A stretch of DNA of 64,000 bases from Nitrososphaerales archaeon (GTDB lineage: Archaea; Thermoproteota; Nitrososphaeria; Nitrososphaerales; UBA213). Below, in pieces: positions 23,816 to 34,373 of this stretch (within the stretch, counting starts at the first letter, position 1; every line of letters starts with the position of its first letter). The notes under the pieces were generated by a model that was given only the letters and a program-made list of their open reading frames with translations, was not told the DNA's origin and did no database searches. Made by a program: the position numbers and the translations under genes. The stretch covers positions 704,001 to 768,000 of the forward strand of contig CBDAOC010000020.1 in NCBI GenBank assembly GCA_965197925.1, in the 5' to 3' direction.

Positions 23816-25260
23816 AGGGGAATGATGATGTGGTGGCTGATTGATCAATGATAGACTAAACTAATGTCTGACCCCACAAAAATAAAATGTAAAGGAATGG
23901 TTATTCTATTCTACTTGCAATATATATTATGATTTTGCAGATAGGAGATTTGGTTGCAATTCTTTGTATCAGATCATGTGTGTTTCCATGAACCATTTAC
24001 AAAAGGCTTTGGTTACTTACATCTACAGATATAATGCTAATGTACGCTTACTATGTCTTGTCCTACTTGTATTAAACTGGATAAAGGGAGACAACTGTGC
24101 TTTGTTTCTTGTTATCCAAACATATAGAAAAGTTAATACTAACTTGATACCCCAGTTTGTTGTGGGGTAACATTATGTGTACAAGTCACTCACAATTGAA
24201 TTGTTAGTTGTCTGTTCGTTAAATCGATTTTATTCATAATTTTCTATATTATTCAAATCGATTTTTTTTACACTTATCCGTTATCTCCAATAACTACCGT
24301 GATTCCTGGAGGGTGCTTGCATTTCAACTACTTGCCATAATCACTATCCTACTAACCTTTGATGTACGATTAGTTGTTTTTTTACATATTTGTTTTCCAA
24401 TTCTCATCATATTATTTGGATAAAATCAAGTCCCAACTGATTCATAATTCTTCATTGTTTCTACAAACGCTTTCTCACCTCTGACATACATCTCAGTTTT
24501 GATATGAGCTACCTACACTTTTTTCTTAAATTATAGGACTAAATTTCTGAGGCTCTTAATTTCAACCTGTTGTATGACCCTGTAGCTTCAACTGACACAA
24601 CTTGTCACTCCGTAATACAGCAATTGAATTCGACTGTTTCACTAATAAACGTTGTTCTCCTCTCTATCACTATTTATTATCATTTGTTTTGATGCATACT
24701 ACAAACTCGAATCTCTTTACAGCTGTTTGTACTTTCTAATCAAATCCCTTAGAAATACTACTCTTAATCCAACAAAATTTCATCTTGCTTGACCAAGAAA
24801 AGCTCCTGTTTTCAAATTCCTTTGGATTTCACATATTGCTGACTTGTTCTTCTACTAGTGAGTGATCCCTTTTTTATCTTGAGCAGCTAGCTGGTCGCTT
24901 GTTAACTGCCTAATAATACTGATGTTCTCTCTACGTCCTCCGAAAAACTCAGTATGATTACGACATGAATTGTCTGTGTTACAGCTTTTCACACTGTCAC
25001 TAATCATAAAATTTCCTTCTCAATCCTTGACAATATGATAGTTATTCAGGCGTATCTACAAGAATGTTTTCCGAATATAAGAAAATAGCATCATACAAAC
25101 GTTTCAATCACAAGTTCACGTTGATGGAGTACAAATACATATTTATCGTTCTGATATCAGCAAAGTTGATTTATTGGTCAAGGCAAAAGTTGTCTCTTAT
25201 TCTTACGAACACTTGGTTAAATTGTCTAGTATGCTGTATTCATATTTAAGGTGTTAATTT

Positions 25261-25959
25261 GTGTTAGAGATAAGACTTGTGGCATGTACAGTGATGCTCA
25301 TACTAGCGTCAATACTTGATCTGAAGAATAGGAAGATAAGCGATAAGGTTTGGATAGTCTTTGGAGGACTAGGATTAATTCTTACATCTTTTGAATTTAT
25401 TGTCAATTCATTGAACCTCTTGCAATTTGGTATCGGAATATTGGTAACAACACCAATCGCCTATGGGATTTACAGAGCTGGTTTATTTGGGGGCGCTGAT
25501 GCAAAGGCATTAGTAACAATTGCGATTCTTCTACCATTCTACGATATGCCATACAAGATACATGGGCTTACAGCATTTACTGTACTTACCAATGCCACGA
25601 TCCTAACATTTACACACATCATTCATAATATGATAAGGAATTCTATTGATCTTGGAAGAGGACGAACCATTTTCGAGGGTTTCAAAGAATCAGGTATAAG
25701 AAAGTTGTTAGCCTTTTTGATCGGCTTCAGATCTGATTCACCTAAAGGATATCTTTTCACAATTGAAAACAACGGAGGCAGACGTAGATTTACATTTCAC
25801 CCTGCTGCATATGAGGAATATGTTACTTCTGACACGAAAAACATCTGGGTCACACCAGCTCTTCCATTTATTGTGTATATGGCATTTGGTTTCATACTCA
25901 TGATAATATTTGGAGATCTATTAGCATTGACATTCAGTAATATTCTTAGATTCATCTGA
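25261..25959 (+). CDS. Prepilin/preflagellin peptidase (A24, FlaK/PibD-like)
   Basis: ASILDLKNRKI, FGGADAKAL and WVTPALPF motifs; multiple TM segments. Confidence 0.9.
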   Translation: MLEIRLVACTVMLILASILDLKNRKISDKVWIVFGGLGLILTSFEFIVNSLNLLQFGIGILVTTPIAYGIYRAGLFGGADAKALVTIAILLPFYDMPYKIHGLTAFTVLTNATILTFTHIIHNMIRNSIDLGRGRTIFEGFKESGIRKLLAFLIGFRSDSPKGYLFTIENNGGRRRFTFHPAAYEEYVTSDTKNIWVTPALPFIVYMAFGFILMIIFGDLLALTFSNILRFI

Positions 25960-26230
25960 AAAATGAATATATATTTGAGGCTTGGGCATAATTTAGTTCG
26001 AAACGATAAGATCAGGTTCCAGTTCATATTGGTAATGTGTTTAGCTCAGACTCCATACTTCTTCGCATATTATTTTTGATTGACGTGATTCCTTGGTCAA
26101 AACCTAATAGGAAAAGGGGTAAACCCCTACTATTCTCCTACAGTTATGGTAGATGCTTCATCGTTAGAGTATGGGTAAGAATACCAAGCAACAATGTGTT
26201 ACATCAATATTTTTCGATAGACATGCCATA

Positions 26231-26340
26231 CAACAGGAAGGTAATGAAGGCATGTGGTCTTGATAGGATATCAAGTCTACTCATAAGGAGTTGTTTGTCA
26301 TTGCAACAGGAAGGTAATGAAGGCATGTGGTCTTGATAGG
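26231..26340. repeat. 37-bp perfect direct repeat flanking a unique 36-bp insert
   Basis: CAACAGGAAGGTAATGAAGGCATGTGGTCTTGATAGG at 26231..26267 and 26304..26340. Insert ATATCAAGTCTACTCATAAGGAGTTGTTTGTCATTG. Single-copy in A2, A3 and A6. Confidence 0.97.
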
Positions 26341-27068
26341 TTGCCAGACAGAAGAACATTCGACAGAAGGTCAAGGCCGTATCAATTGACATAAGATCAA
26401 GGATAGGTGCTATGGGTATGCTCTTCATAAAAGATGGGTTGGTAGACCCAGCCATAATATCCGTTGACAGTTCATTGTTGAAAGCAAAGGGACATGTATG
26501 GCATAGATCAAACATGAAGAAGAATGAAGTGCCACGCTCCGGTATAGATACAGATGCTCGATGGGGCTACAGCAGAACCAAGGGATGGATATTCGGATAC
26601 AAGATGCATCTAGCATGTAGCACAGGTTCGTTGATAGTTCCATTATCAGCTGATTTCACAACAGTTAACATTACTGATAACAAGATGTATGAAAGCATAA
26701 CATCTTCATTGCCTACAGGAATGGTAAGGTATGTTGTAGGAGATGAAGGATATGATGATCACAAGTTATGTGATTTCAGCAGGTATAGAGGGTATCCAGT
26801 ATTCCCATTGGAAAGGTACAAGCATACTACAGATAATAATAGACTGGCATTGCTGCAGTTCTATCAATCTGAATTTGGACAGCATGTATATTCTCGGAGG
26901 AGCATAAGTGTTGAACCATTGATAGAGCAGATAAAGGATGTATTTGATATAGACCCATTACCAGTTAGAGGATTTGATAAAGCTACGAGCATCGTTCTGA
27001 TTTCTATATTGCTATACCAGCTGATGGTATACTACAACTTGACAGGAAGACCATTAAGGGCATTGAAG

Positions 27069-27208
27069 TGCCTTGTTGCATAACTATGAAATCCATTACT
27101 GAATAACGAAAATATTCTATAATTGTGGTGAGAATTTCTGAATTGGGTTTTTAATTATTTAATCATAAGACGAAAAATTACAGAATTTTTGAGTTGTGCA
27201 ACAAAGCA
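27069..27208. mobile_element. 140-bp MITE with IS6-like ends nested in IS A4
   Basis: TIR TGCCTTGTTGCATAACT / rc TGCTTTGTTGCACAACT. 8-bp TSD CATTGAAG (27061..27068 and 27209..27216). The empty site is seen in the other A copies. Confidence 0.92.
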
Positions 27209-27443
27209 CATTGAAGCACATGTTGGGAAGTTAATCAATCAGAGGCATCAAGTTATTTTTGTTATATGGAATAATGCCCATGCCTCAGATATATTATAAA
27301 TTATCAAAACTATAGCCCACTAGTTTTCAGTGAGCTAATCAACTTCTAAATCTGATACTTATCATTTTCTTTATTGATGGTTTCACAAATACAAAATTAT
27401 TCCTATGTTGATTTATAAGACCTATCAAAAAATCTCTACTTTG

Positions 27444-28592
27444 ATGCATTATTACGATATAGTTGTAGCTGGTGGGAGTATTTCCGGTCTTCTGGTAGCG
27501 AGAGAAGCATCGGCCAGGGGATTTTCGGTGCTAGTGGTAGAAGAAGATATGGAGGTAGGAACACCGGAACACTGTGGAGGATTAATCAGTATTAATGGTA
27601 TTAGGAATTTAGGAATAATTCCCACAAACCAAGTGTCACATCAAGTAATCAAGAAGGCAGAAATATTCTCCCCATTCGGTTCCAGTTTTTCCTTGAATGC
27701 AGAAAAACAGGGGGTGATAGCTATAGATAGGAGAGCTCTTGACAAACAGGTAGCTCATCAGGCAACTAAATGTGGAACAGATATTTGGATAAAATGTTCA
27801 ATTAAATCATTCAAGGAATATGGTGATCATGTAAACGTGGAAACTACTAATGGAAATATTCAATCCAAGTTAGCTGTAGATGCTAGGGGCTGTGCTTCTA
27901 TAATTGAAAAGAATAGAAACGGTATATTGCTTTCCGCCCAATACGAGGTTTATGCAGACTGGATACACAATACTGTTGAAATTTATTTCGACCAATTGAA
28001 ATATCCTTCGTTCTTTGCATGGGTGATACCTAGTGGTAATAACACAGGAAAGGTGGGTGTTGCTGGCAAAGCTATCAATGCCTCTAAAGTGTTGTATGAA
28101 TTTCTTGAAAGCAAGGGGCATCACGTAGTGATCCGGAAAGTATTTGCACCTATCTGGATTCTAGGTCCCATAAATCATTTTGTATCTGGTCGTATAGTCA
28201 CAGTAGGTGATGCCGCTGGTCAGACAAAACCGACTACTGCAGGTGGCATATATACCTGTGGTATGGCTAGCATACTAGCTGGTCGGGCAATCGCAAATGC
28301 TCTTACAAATAATGATTTGGGATTGTTACACGAATATGAAAAAAACTGGTTTAGAATTTTTAAACAAGAATTTGATAGAATGCTTCTGGTGAGGAAAGTT
28401 TTTGAACATTTAAATAACTCGGCTATAGATGAAATGTTTAGGCTGATAACATCTGAAAGCTTAGAAAATGTCTCGGAGATTGGTGAATTTGATTTTCATT
28501 CTCAGGCTTTATCAAAATTGCTCAGTGTTGAAGGTGCAATAAAGATTGCGAAAGCAATCTTGGGAAATGAGGTTCGTAAGCTCTTTTCATAA
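27444..28592 (+). CDS. Geranylgeranyl reductase-family FAD-dependent oxidoreductase
   Basis: YDIVVAGGSISG, PEHCGG, FAWVIP and VGDAAGQTKPTTAGGI motifs. Confidence 0.88.
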   Translation: MHYYDIVVAGGSISGLLVAREASARGFSVLVVEEDMEVGTPEHCGGLISINGIRNLGIIPTNQVSHQVIKKAEIFSPFGSSFSLNAEKQGVIAIDRRALDKQVAHQATKCGTDIWIKCSIKSFKEYGDHVNVETTNGNIQSKLAVDARGCASIIEKNRNGILLSAQYEVYADWIHNTVEIYFDQLKYPSFFAWVIPSGNNTGKVGVAGKAINASKVLYEFLESKGHHVVIRKVFAPIWILGPINHFVSGRIVTVGDAAGQTKPTTAGGIYTCGMASILAGRAIANALTNNDLGLLHEYEKNWFRIFKQEFDRMLLVRKVFEHLNNSAIDEMFRLITSESLENVSEIGEFDFHSQALSKLLSVEGAIKIAKAILGNEVRKLFS

Positions 28593-28624
28593 GGTATAAA
28601 TTATATTCATAATCAAATCATTTA

Positions 28625-28807
28625 ATGTCACAGAAACCCTTGCAATTACCTGTTTGTACTTCTTGTAGTAGAACTATAATGCCCAATGATGAATGTGTAA
28701 AATTTAGATGTCCCAATTGTAATGATTTCCTTATATGGCGGTGCGAGAGCTGCAGGGAGTTCGCCAGGATATACAGGTGCTCCAAATGCAAGTTTGAAGG
28801 ACCGTAG
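28625..28807 (+). CDS. DUF1610 Zn-ribbon protein
   Basis: CTSC...FRCPNC...IWRCESCR...YRCSKCKFEGP; typical position upstream of aEF-1beta. Confidence 0.9.
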   Translation: MSQKPLQLPVCTSCSRTIMPNDECVKFRCPNCNDFLIWRCESCREFARIYRCSKCKFEGP

Positions 28808-28815
28808 GTGATTAA

Positions 28816-29091
28816 ATGACAAAACTTATTGCAAGAATAAAGATTCTACCTAACGATATAAACATAAATCTGGATAGTATTGTTGAAAAATTAAACTCTA
28901 CGTTACCCAAAGATATGCAGGTTAGGAATTCTACAAAGGAGCCAATTGCATTTGGGTTGAACGCGTTGATCGTAGATTTTTTCTTGGAAGATAAAGAAGG
29001 ACAAATGGATGAACTTGAAGGCACTTTGAAAAATACTGACGGTGTAAGTGAAATTGAGATCATAACTTTAAGCAGACAAGCAGGAGGATAG
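28816..29091 (+). CDS. ef1b: Translation elongation factor aEF-1beta
   Basis: KILPNDININLD...EPIAFGLNAL. Confidence 0.93.
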   Translation: MTKLIARIKILPNDININLDSIVEKLNSTLPKDMQVRNSTKEPIAFGLNALIVDFFLEDKEGQMDELEGTLKNTDGVSEIEIITLSRQAGG

Positions 29092-29101
29092 GAAAGGGAT
29101 T

Positions 29102-31282
29102 ATGATGAATCCTAAGGTTGAACCTGCACTAATGAGAGTTAGTGAAGCAAAGCAAAGAGATGTAGGTAAAAAAAGAGCACGTGTTACTGACGAAATTATG
29201 GGTTCGCTACGTATAGCTCCTGGTGAGGTTATAGAAGTTTGTGGTAAGAATTGTACCGGGGTTACTGCTTGGCCTGCAGACGAAGATAATATGGATAAGA
29301 ATGTTATTCGAATAGATGGTCAAACTAGGAAGAATGCAGGCGTTGGACTGAATGATTTGGTCAAAGTAAGAAAAATAATTATTAAATCTGCAAGAGGAGT
29401 TACACTTCTCCCAATGGGTGTAAAAATTAAAGTAGATAAAGAGTTTTGCGAATTCGTTAAAAATCGGATGAAGGGAATTCCAATAGCTGAGGGGGAAGAA
29501 ATTTCTGTCGTGATACTGGGCAATTCTATGGATTTCAAGGTGCAGAAGACAGTACCAAAAGGTATAATCAGTCTTAACCCTATAACGAAATTGAATATAC
29601 TCACAGAAATGACCGTTACAAAGAAACCCACTATCACCTATGAAGAAATTGGAGGCTTGAAGGGAAAGATAGAAAAACTACGTGAAAGTGTAGAACTCCC
29701 TTTGAGACATCCAGAGGTCTTCCAGCGCCTCGGAATAGAACCACATAAGGGTATTATGCTTTACGGGCCTCCAGGTTGTGGCAAAACATTAATTGCGAAA
29801 GCGCTTGCAGGTGAATCGGAAGCAAACTTTTTCTCTATAAATGGTCCCGAGATCATGAATAAATACTATGGCGAAACGGAAGCTAGGTTAAGGGAAATAT
29901 TTAGAGAAGCGAGGGAAAATTCTCCTAGTATAGTATTCATCGACGAAATAGATGCAATAGCACCGAAACGTGAGGAAGCTTTTGGTGACGTGGAGAAGAG
30001 AGTAGTGGCACAGTTACTCGCTCTTATGGACGGATTATCCGACCGTGGAAATGTTACAGTTATCGGAGCAACAAACAGACCAGAAAGTGTGGACCCGGCG
30101 TTGCGGAGACCTGGAAGATTTGACAGAGAATTAGAGATTGGGGTTCCAAATATCGAAGAAAGAATAGAGGTATTGCAAATACATACAAGAGGGATGCCAT
30201 TGTCAGATGATATAAACATGAAGAAACTTGCCGGCGAATTACATGGATATACTGGTGCTGATATCAAGGCGCTTTGCAGGGAAGCTGCTATGAAGGCTAT
30301 GAAACGCTACTTGCCAGAAATAGATTTTGAGAGTGACACTATACCTCCTGAAGTTCTTGAAAATATAATGATAAACAACAGGGACTTTTACGAAGGAATG
30401 AAAGAGGTGGTTCCAACTGCTTTGAGGGAGTTTTATGTTGAAACCCCTAAAGTAAAATGGAGTAATGTTGGAGGTTTGTATGAAGTAAAGAGATCACTTC
30501 ATGATAATCTCATTACCACAATAAAGGACCCAGAAAGATTCCAGAATTTGGGAATATCTCCACCAAGGGGTGCTCTTCTTTATGGTCCTCCTGGTTGTGG
30601 CAAAACATTACTTACTTGGGCTCTTGCTACTGAAAGTGGGGCAAACATGATCATGGTAAAAGGGCCAGAAGTGCTGTCAAAATGGGTTGGCGAATCGGAG
30701 AAAGCCATTAGAGAAATATTTAGAAAAGCTAGAGCATCATCCCCATGTATAATAATTTTTGATGAACTTGATTCGATAGCTAGGCCTAGAGGTTCTTCTG
30801 GTGAGGACTCTGCTGTAGGTGAGAGAGTACTTAGCCAGCTGATCACTGAGATGGAGGACATTGGACCAACGGGGATTATAGTTATAGGAATAACAAATAG
30901 GCCTGACCTTCTAGATACTTCACTGCTTAGACCCGGTCGATTGGATTTAATAACATACATACATTCCCCTGATGAAGAGTCAAGATTGGAAATTCTGAAA
31001 ATAATCACGAGGAAAATGCCACTTGGAAAGGATGTGAAGGTAGAGGAGCTTGCCAAGATAACTACCGCGAACAGTGGTGCTGATCTTGTAGGAATCTGTA
31101 GGGAGGCAGCAATAAATGCAATAAGTGAAAAGAGGAGCGAGATAACTTGGTTAGATTTCGAGAAAGCATTGAAGAGGGTGAAACCTTCTATAACATCAGA
31201 CGTGGAAGAATGGTATGATTCAATAAGTAAAAATATTACATATGCGATGCCGAAGCCTATTGATAAATCATTCTACGGATGA
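29102..31282 (+). CDS. cdc48: CDC48/VCP (VAT) AAA ATPase
   Basis: N-domain plus two AAA modules (GPPGCGKT twice; [19 protein letters not shown]). Confidence 0.97.
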   Translation: MMNPKVEPALMRVSEAKQRDVGKKRARVTDEIMGSLRIAPGEVIEVCGKNCTGVTAWPADEDNMDKNVIRIDGQTRKNAGVGLNDLVKVRKIIIKSARGVTLLPMGVKIKVDKEFCEFVKNRMKGIPIAEGEEISVVILGNSMDFKVQKTVPKGIISLNPITKLNILTEMTVTKKPTITYEEIGGLKGKIEKLRESVELPLRHPEVFQRLGIEPHKGIMLYGPPGCGKTLIAKALAGESEANFFSINGPEIMNKYYGETEARLREIFREARENSPSIVFIDEIDAIAPKREEAFGDVEKRVVAQLLALMDGLSDRGNVTVIGATNRPESVDPALRRPGRFDRELEIGVPNIEERIEVLQIHTRGMPLSDDINMKKLAGELHGYTGADIKALCREAAMKAMKRYLPEIDFESDTIPPEVLENIMINNRDFYEGMKEVVPTALREFYVETPKVKWSNVGGLYEVKRSLHDNLITTIKDPERFQNLGISPPRGALLYGPPGCGKTLLTWALATESGANMIMVKGPEVLSKWVGESEKAIREIFRKARASSPCIIIFDELDSIARPRGSSGEDSAVGERVLSQLITEMEDIGPTGIIVIGITNRPDLLDTSLLRPGRLDLITYIHSPDEESRLEILKIITRKMPLGKDVKVEELAKITTANSGADLVGICREAAINAISEKRSEITWLDFEKALKRVKPSITSDVEEWYDSISKNITYAMPKPIDKSFYG

Positions 31283-31288
31283 AGAATC

Positions 31289-31507
31289 ATGAACTACCCA
31301 TTAAGAAATCTAATTTATGAAAAGATAAAGCAACAAGGGAACATCACTGACGTGGATCTCATGAATCAACTTACAAAAGAAGATGTTAGTATTACAGAAC
31401 ACAAGTTCAATAAAACACTTTTAGACTTGGAGATTTACGGACTGATTAGGGTAGGATGGATAACAAAAAACAAAAGAAGGATCGAAGACGCTAAAGAGGC
31501 AGAATAA
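31289..31507 (+). CDS. Small winged-helix-like hypothetical protein
   Basis: Intact ORF directly after cdc48; FNKTLLDLEIYGLIRV. Confidence 0.75.
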   Translation: MNYPLRNLIYEKIKQQGNITDVDLMNQLTKEDVSITEHKFNKTLLDLEIYGLIRVGWITKNKRRIEDAKEAE

Positions 31508-32369
31508 CATCTAACATCAATGCTATGAATATTATAGCTAAATATGGACTTGATACCTTATATGCTTTCCATGCAATTTCCTTACTAGGATTTTTGATTA
31601 GTTTAATGCTATATGCTAGCATTATAAGCCCAGATGTTGATGCGACTATTAAATAAAATAATCCTAGACCGAAAAAGTACAACATAATTGAATATGAAAT
31701 AAGCACCAATGTGTTTACCAAAACATATTTTGCGGCAGCAATATCACCAACAAGTACCGGTAGCATTGGTATTTTTGCAGCTACATACTCTTCCTTACTT
31801 TTGATGGCTAAACACCAAAAATGACTCGGGGTCCATAGAAATACCAATAGACCTACCAAGAATCCCAAAAGGTCCAGCGTTCCGGTAGCTGCTACCCACC
31901 CAGCATATGAAGCACAGCTGCCGGCAAATCCTCCTACCACAATATTAGAGGCATTGTTCCTCTTTAGCCATGCCGTATATACTATCACGTAAAAGAAGAT
32001 ACCTAGACCTATAAATCCGGCTGCCAAAGGATTGAGCGTAAAGTATGCAAAGATAATAGAGACAATACTTAGCATGATACCAAATACAAGGGCGCTCTTA
32101 GCACTCAGTCTTCCTGACGGAATGGGACGTTTCATCGTCCTGAACATTAAGTGATCTATATCCCTGTCATAGTAGTGATTAAGTGCGCTTGATCCCATAG
32201 AGGCAAGAGTACCTGCAATGAACAGGAAAAGTAAAGTTTCCCAAGAAAACTGCCATTTGCTTGCAGCCATAAATGACGTTATGGCAACAAGGTTAAGAAC
32301 TGCTACTATCCTAAACTTCGATATTTCGGCATATTCCCTAGTCCCCACATTATTGAAGCTGGCTACCAA
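31491..32369 (-). CDS. ctaB: Protoheme IX farnesyltransferase (heme O synthase)
   Basis: NHYYDRDIDHLMFRTMKRPIPSG, YTAWLKR and WTPSHFWCLA motifs. Confidence 0.95.
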   Translation of the reverse strand: MVASFNNVGTREYAEISKFRIVAVLNLVAITSFMAASKWQFSWETLLFLFIAGTLASMGSSALNHYYDRDIDHLMFRTMKRPIPSGRLSAKSALVFGIMLSIVSIIFAYFTLNPLAAGFIGLGIFFYVIVYTAWLKRNNASNIVVGGFAGSCASYAGWVAATGTLDLLGFLVGLLVFLWTPSHFWCLAIKSKEEYVAAKIPMLPVLVGDIAAAKYVLVNTLVLISYSIMLYFFGLGLFYLIVASTSGLIMLAYSIKLIKNPSKEIAWKAYKVSSPYLAIIFIALMLDVILPL

Positions 32370-32423
32370 GCATTTAATCGTTAAGAAAAGATTATTTAGA
32401 TACGGCGAGGTTGGTATTTCAAT

Positions 32424-33266
32424 TTGACCGATTGGGAGCTTATGGTCCCTGGCATAGGGTTGACTGTACTTGGTATGGCAGGTGTGGGTTTATCGTTCTC
32501 TGGGATTGCTAAAACCTTTCTAGAAGGGATGCATGCAGTTTCAGCTTTAATGATGTTTATTGGCATGATCATATTAGTCACGGGTATTCTGAAGGATGGC
32601 TTACCAAATAGCAATCAGGCTAAGGCTGCGGCTTTAATCATAATTGGATTTTTGGTTACTGTAGGTGCATTCGCCGCAGGAATTGCAGAGATTCAAGTTT
32701 TGACCACTTTAACAGGGATACTGTTGTTGATCCTAGTACCTGCTGTGGTGATTGCTTGGGCTGCGCATATTAAGAGTCCACATTTCAAGGCCTTGACTAT
32801 TCTATTCTCAAGTGCGTCTGCAGTTGGAATAATAGTATTCTCTATATTCGGGTTAGTAGCACCTCAACCCATAGAGACTGGATTCATAGAACAACGTGAA
32901 GTTTTCCAAGAAGAGGTATCTGAACCTGAAACTTCTGATGAGAAGACAACAGTTTCCATTTCGAAAACTAAAATAGATGTAAACATCTCAGGTGGTTCTG
33001 CAAACGTAGCAAACCTAGAATTTTATGTACCCGAAGAACTGACTGTACAAGTAGACACTACTATAGTTTGGACAAATTTTGATACGGCTGGACACACTGT
33101 AACGAGTGGTAGTCCCACTGATGATGAGACTGGAACACTTTTTGATTCCGGCTTCCCATTGATGAAGCCTAATGAAAAATATGAGTTCACCTTCTCAGAA
33201 AGAGGCGATTATCCATATTTCTGTCTTGTACATCCATGGATGTTTGGTAAGGTAATAGTTACGTAA
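32424..33266 (+). CDS. Multi-TM membrane protein with a C-terminal plastocyanin-like cupredoxin
   Basis: About five hydrophobic helices, then WTNFDTAGHTVTSG and YFCLVHPWM type-1 copper ligands. Confidence 0.88.
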   Translation: MTDWELMVPGIGLTVLGMAGVGLSFSGIAKTFLEGMHAVSALMMFIGMIILVTGILKDGLPNSNQAKAAALIIIGFLVTVGAFAAGIAEIQVLTTLTGILLLILVPAVVIAWAAHIKSPHFKALTILFSSASAVGIIVFSIFGLVAPQPIETGFIEQREVFQEEVSEPETSDEKTTVSISKTKIDVNISGGSANVANLEFYVPEELTVQVDTTIVWTNFDTAGHTVTSGSPTDDETGTLFDSGFPLMKPNEKYEFTFSERGDYPYFCLVHPWMFGKVIVT

Positions 33267-33670
33267 TGATAAGAATAGTTGTTCTGAGCTCCACACATGT
33301 AAACGCGCTCAAAAAATTCGCTGTTGATTCATTACCTATCGAATCATGTGCACTGCTGGCAGGTAATATTTATGAAGAACAGGTAGTCGTTAGAAAAATA
33401 ATATTCACAAAAAATGCAGATAGTTCTCAGACCACTTTTAGAATAGAACCAGAAGAATTATTTGATGCATACAAAGAGGCTGAAAACTCTGGCTTTGATA
33501 TAGTAGGGATATTTCATTCCCATCAGGCTTCTGTGGAGCCATCCACTACTGATTCATATTATATGAAAATAAACCCAGTACCGTGGTTAGTAATGTCGAC
33601 TATAAACAACGAATTAAAGGCATTTCTTTATGACAATAAGATACGTGAATTGGAGTTGGTCGTAAATTAG
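33266..33670 (+). CDS. JAMM/MPN+ (M67) metalloprotease
   Basis: ESCALLAG and FHSHQASVEPSTTD (HxH-x7-S-x2-D). Confidence 0.9.
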   Translation: MIRIVVLSSTHVNALKKFAVDSLPIESCALLAGNIYEEQVVVRKIIFTKNADSSQTTFRIEPEELFDAYKEAENSGFDIVGIFHSHQASVEPSTTDSYYMKINPVPWLVMSTINNELKAFLYDNKIRELELVVN

Positions 33671-33835
33671 ATTATAGTCAAAGTATAATGTATTAAATAG
33701 CGTTAGTACTATTGAGTTTTAGTATATTATCTATGATTTTCCAATATCTGCTTGTAATTCTTTATTGAGATTTTAACAACAACACTCTCATGTTTTGGGT
33801 GTTTCAATCCGTTTTTCTTATTATACCAAATATAT

Positions 33836-34373
33836 GAGGCATGGGCATTATTCCATATAACAAAAATAACTTGATGCCTCTGATTGATTAACTTCCCAAC
33901 ATGTGCTTCAATGCCCTTAATGGTCTTCCTGTCAAGTTGTAGTATACCATCAGCTGGTATAGCAATATAGAAATCAGAACGATGCTCGTAGCTTTATCAA
34001 ATCCTCTAACTGGTAATGGGTCTATATCAAATACATCTTTCATATGCTCTATCAATGGTTCAACACTTATGCTCCTCCGAGAATATACATGCTGTCCAAA
34101 TTCAGATTGATAGAACTGCAGCAATGCCAGTCTATTATTATCTGTAGTATGCTTGTACCTTTCCAATGGGAATACTGGATACCCTCTATACCTGCTGAAA
34201 TCACATAACTTGTGATCATCATATCCTTCATCTCCTACAACATACCTTACCATTCCTGTAGGCAATGAAGATGTTATGCTTTCATACATCTTGTTATCAG
34301 TAATGTTAACTGTTGTGAAATCAGCTGATAATGGAACTATCAACGAACCTGTGCTACATGCTAGATGCATCTT
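33836..34373 (-). mobile_element. IS family A copy A5, right half only (left half lost next to IS C2)
   Basis: Right TIR at 33836. The sequence stops at ...GATGCATCTT, where IS C2 begins, and does not resume after it. Confidence 0.95.

Larger units (their letters stand above)
25977..27286 (+). mobile_element. IS family A copy A4, defective, carrying two secondary insertions
   Basis: Both TIRs present. Contains a 37/36/37 repeat-insert (26231..26340) and a MITE (27069..27208). Confidence 0.97.

Noticed and set aside
23830..25240. ORF-less 1.4-kb tract, possibly a decayed IS110-like transposase on the minus strand (RDLIRKYKQL fragment)
   Set aside because: Too eroded. I could not recover catalytic motifs or ends by eye; it needs a frameshift-aware search.
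26231..26340. Calling the 37/36/37 structure a true CRISPR array
   Set aside because: Only two repeats, the repeat is transposase coding sequence, and there is no leader or cas gene. Kept as a repeat and a finding.
29320..31056. Long antisense ORFs over cdc48, and similar ones over nadC, the GTPase, the CBS gene and the IS transposases
   Set aside because: Shadow frames of real genes with no protein motifs.
33801..33835. GTTTCAATCC, resembling the start of a CRISPR repeat
   Set aside because: Single occurrence with no periodic repeats, and no cas genes in the window.
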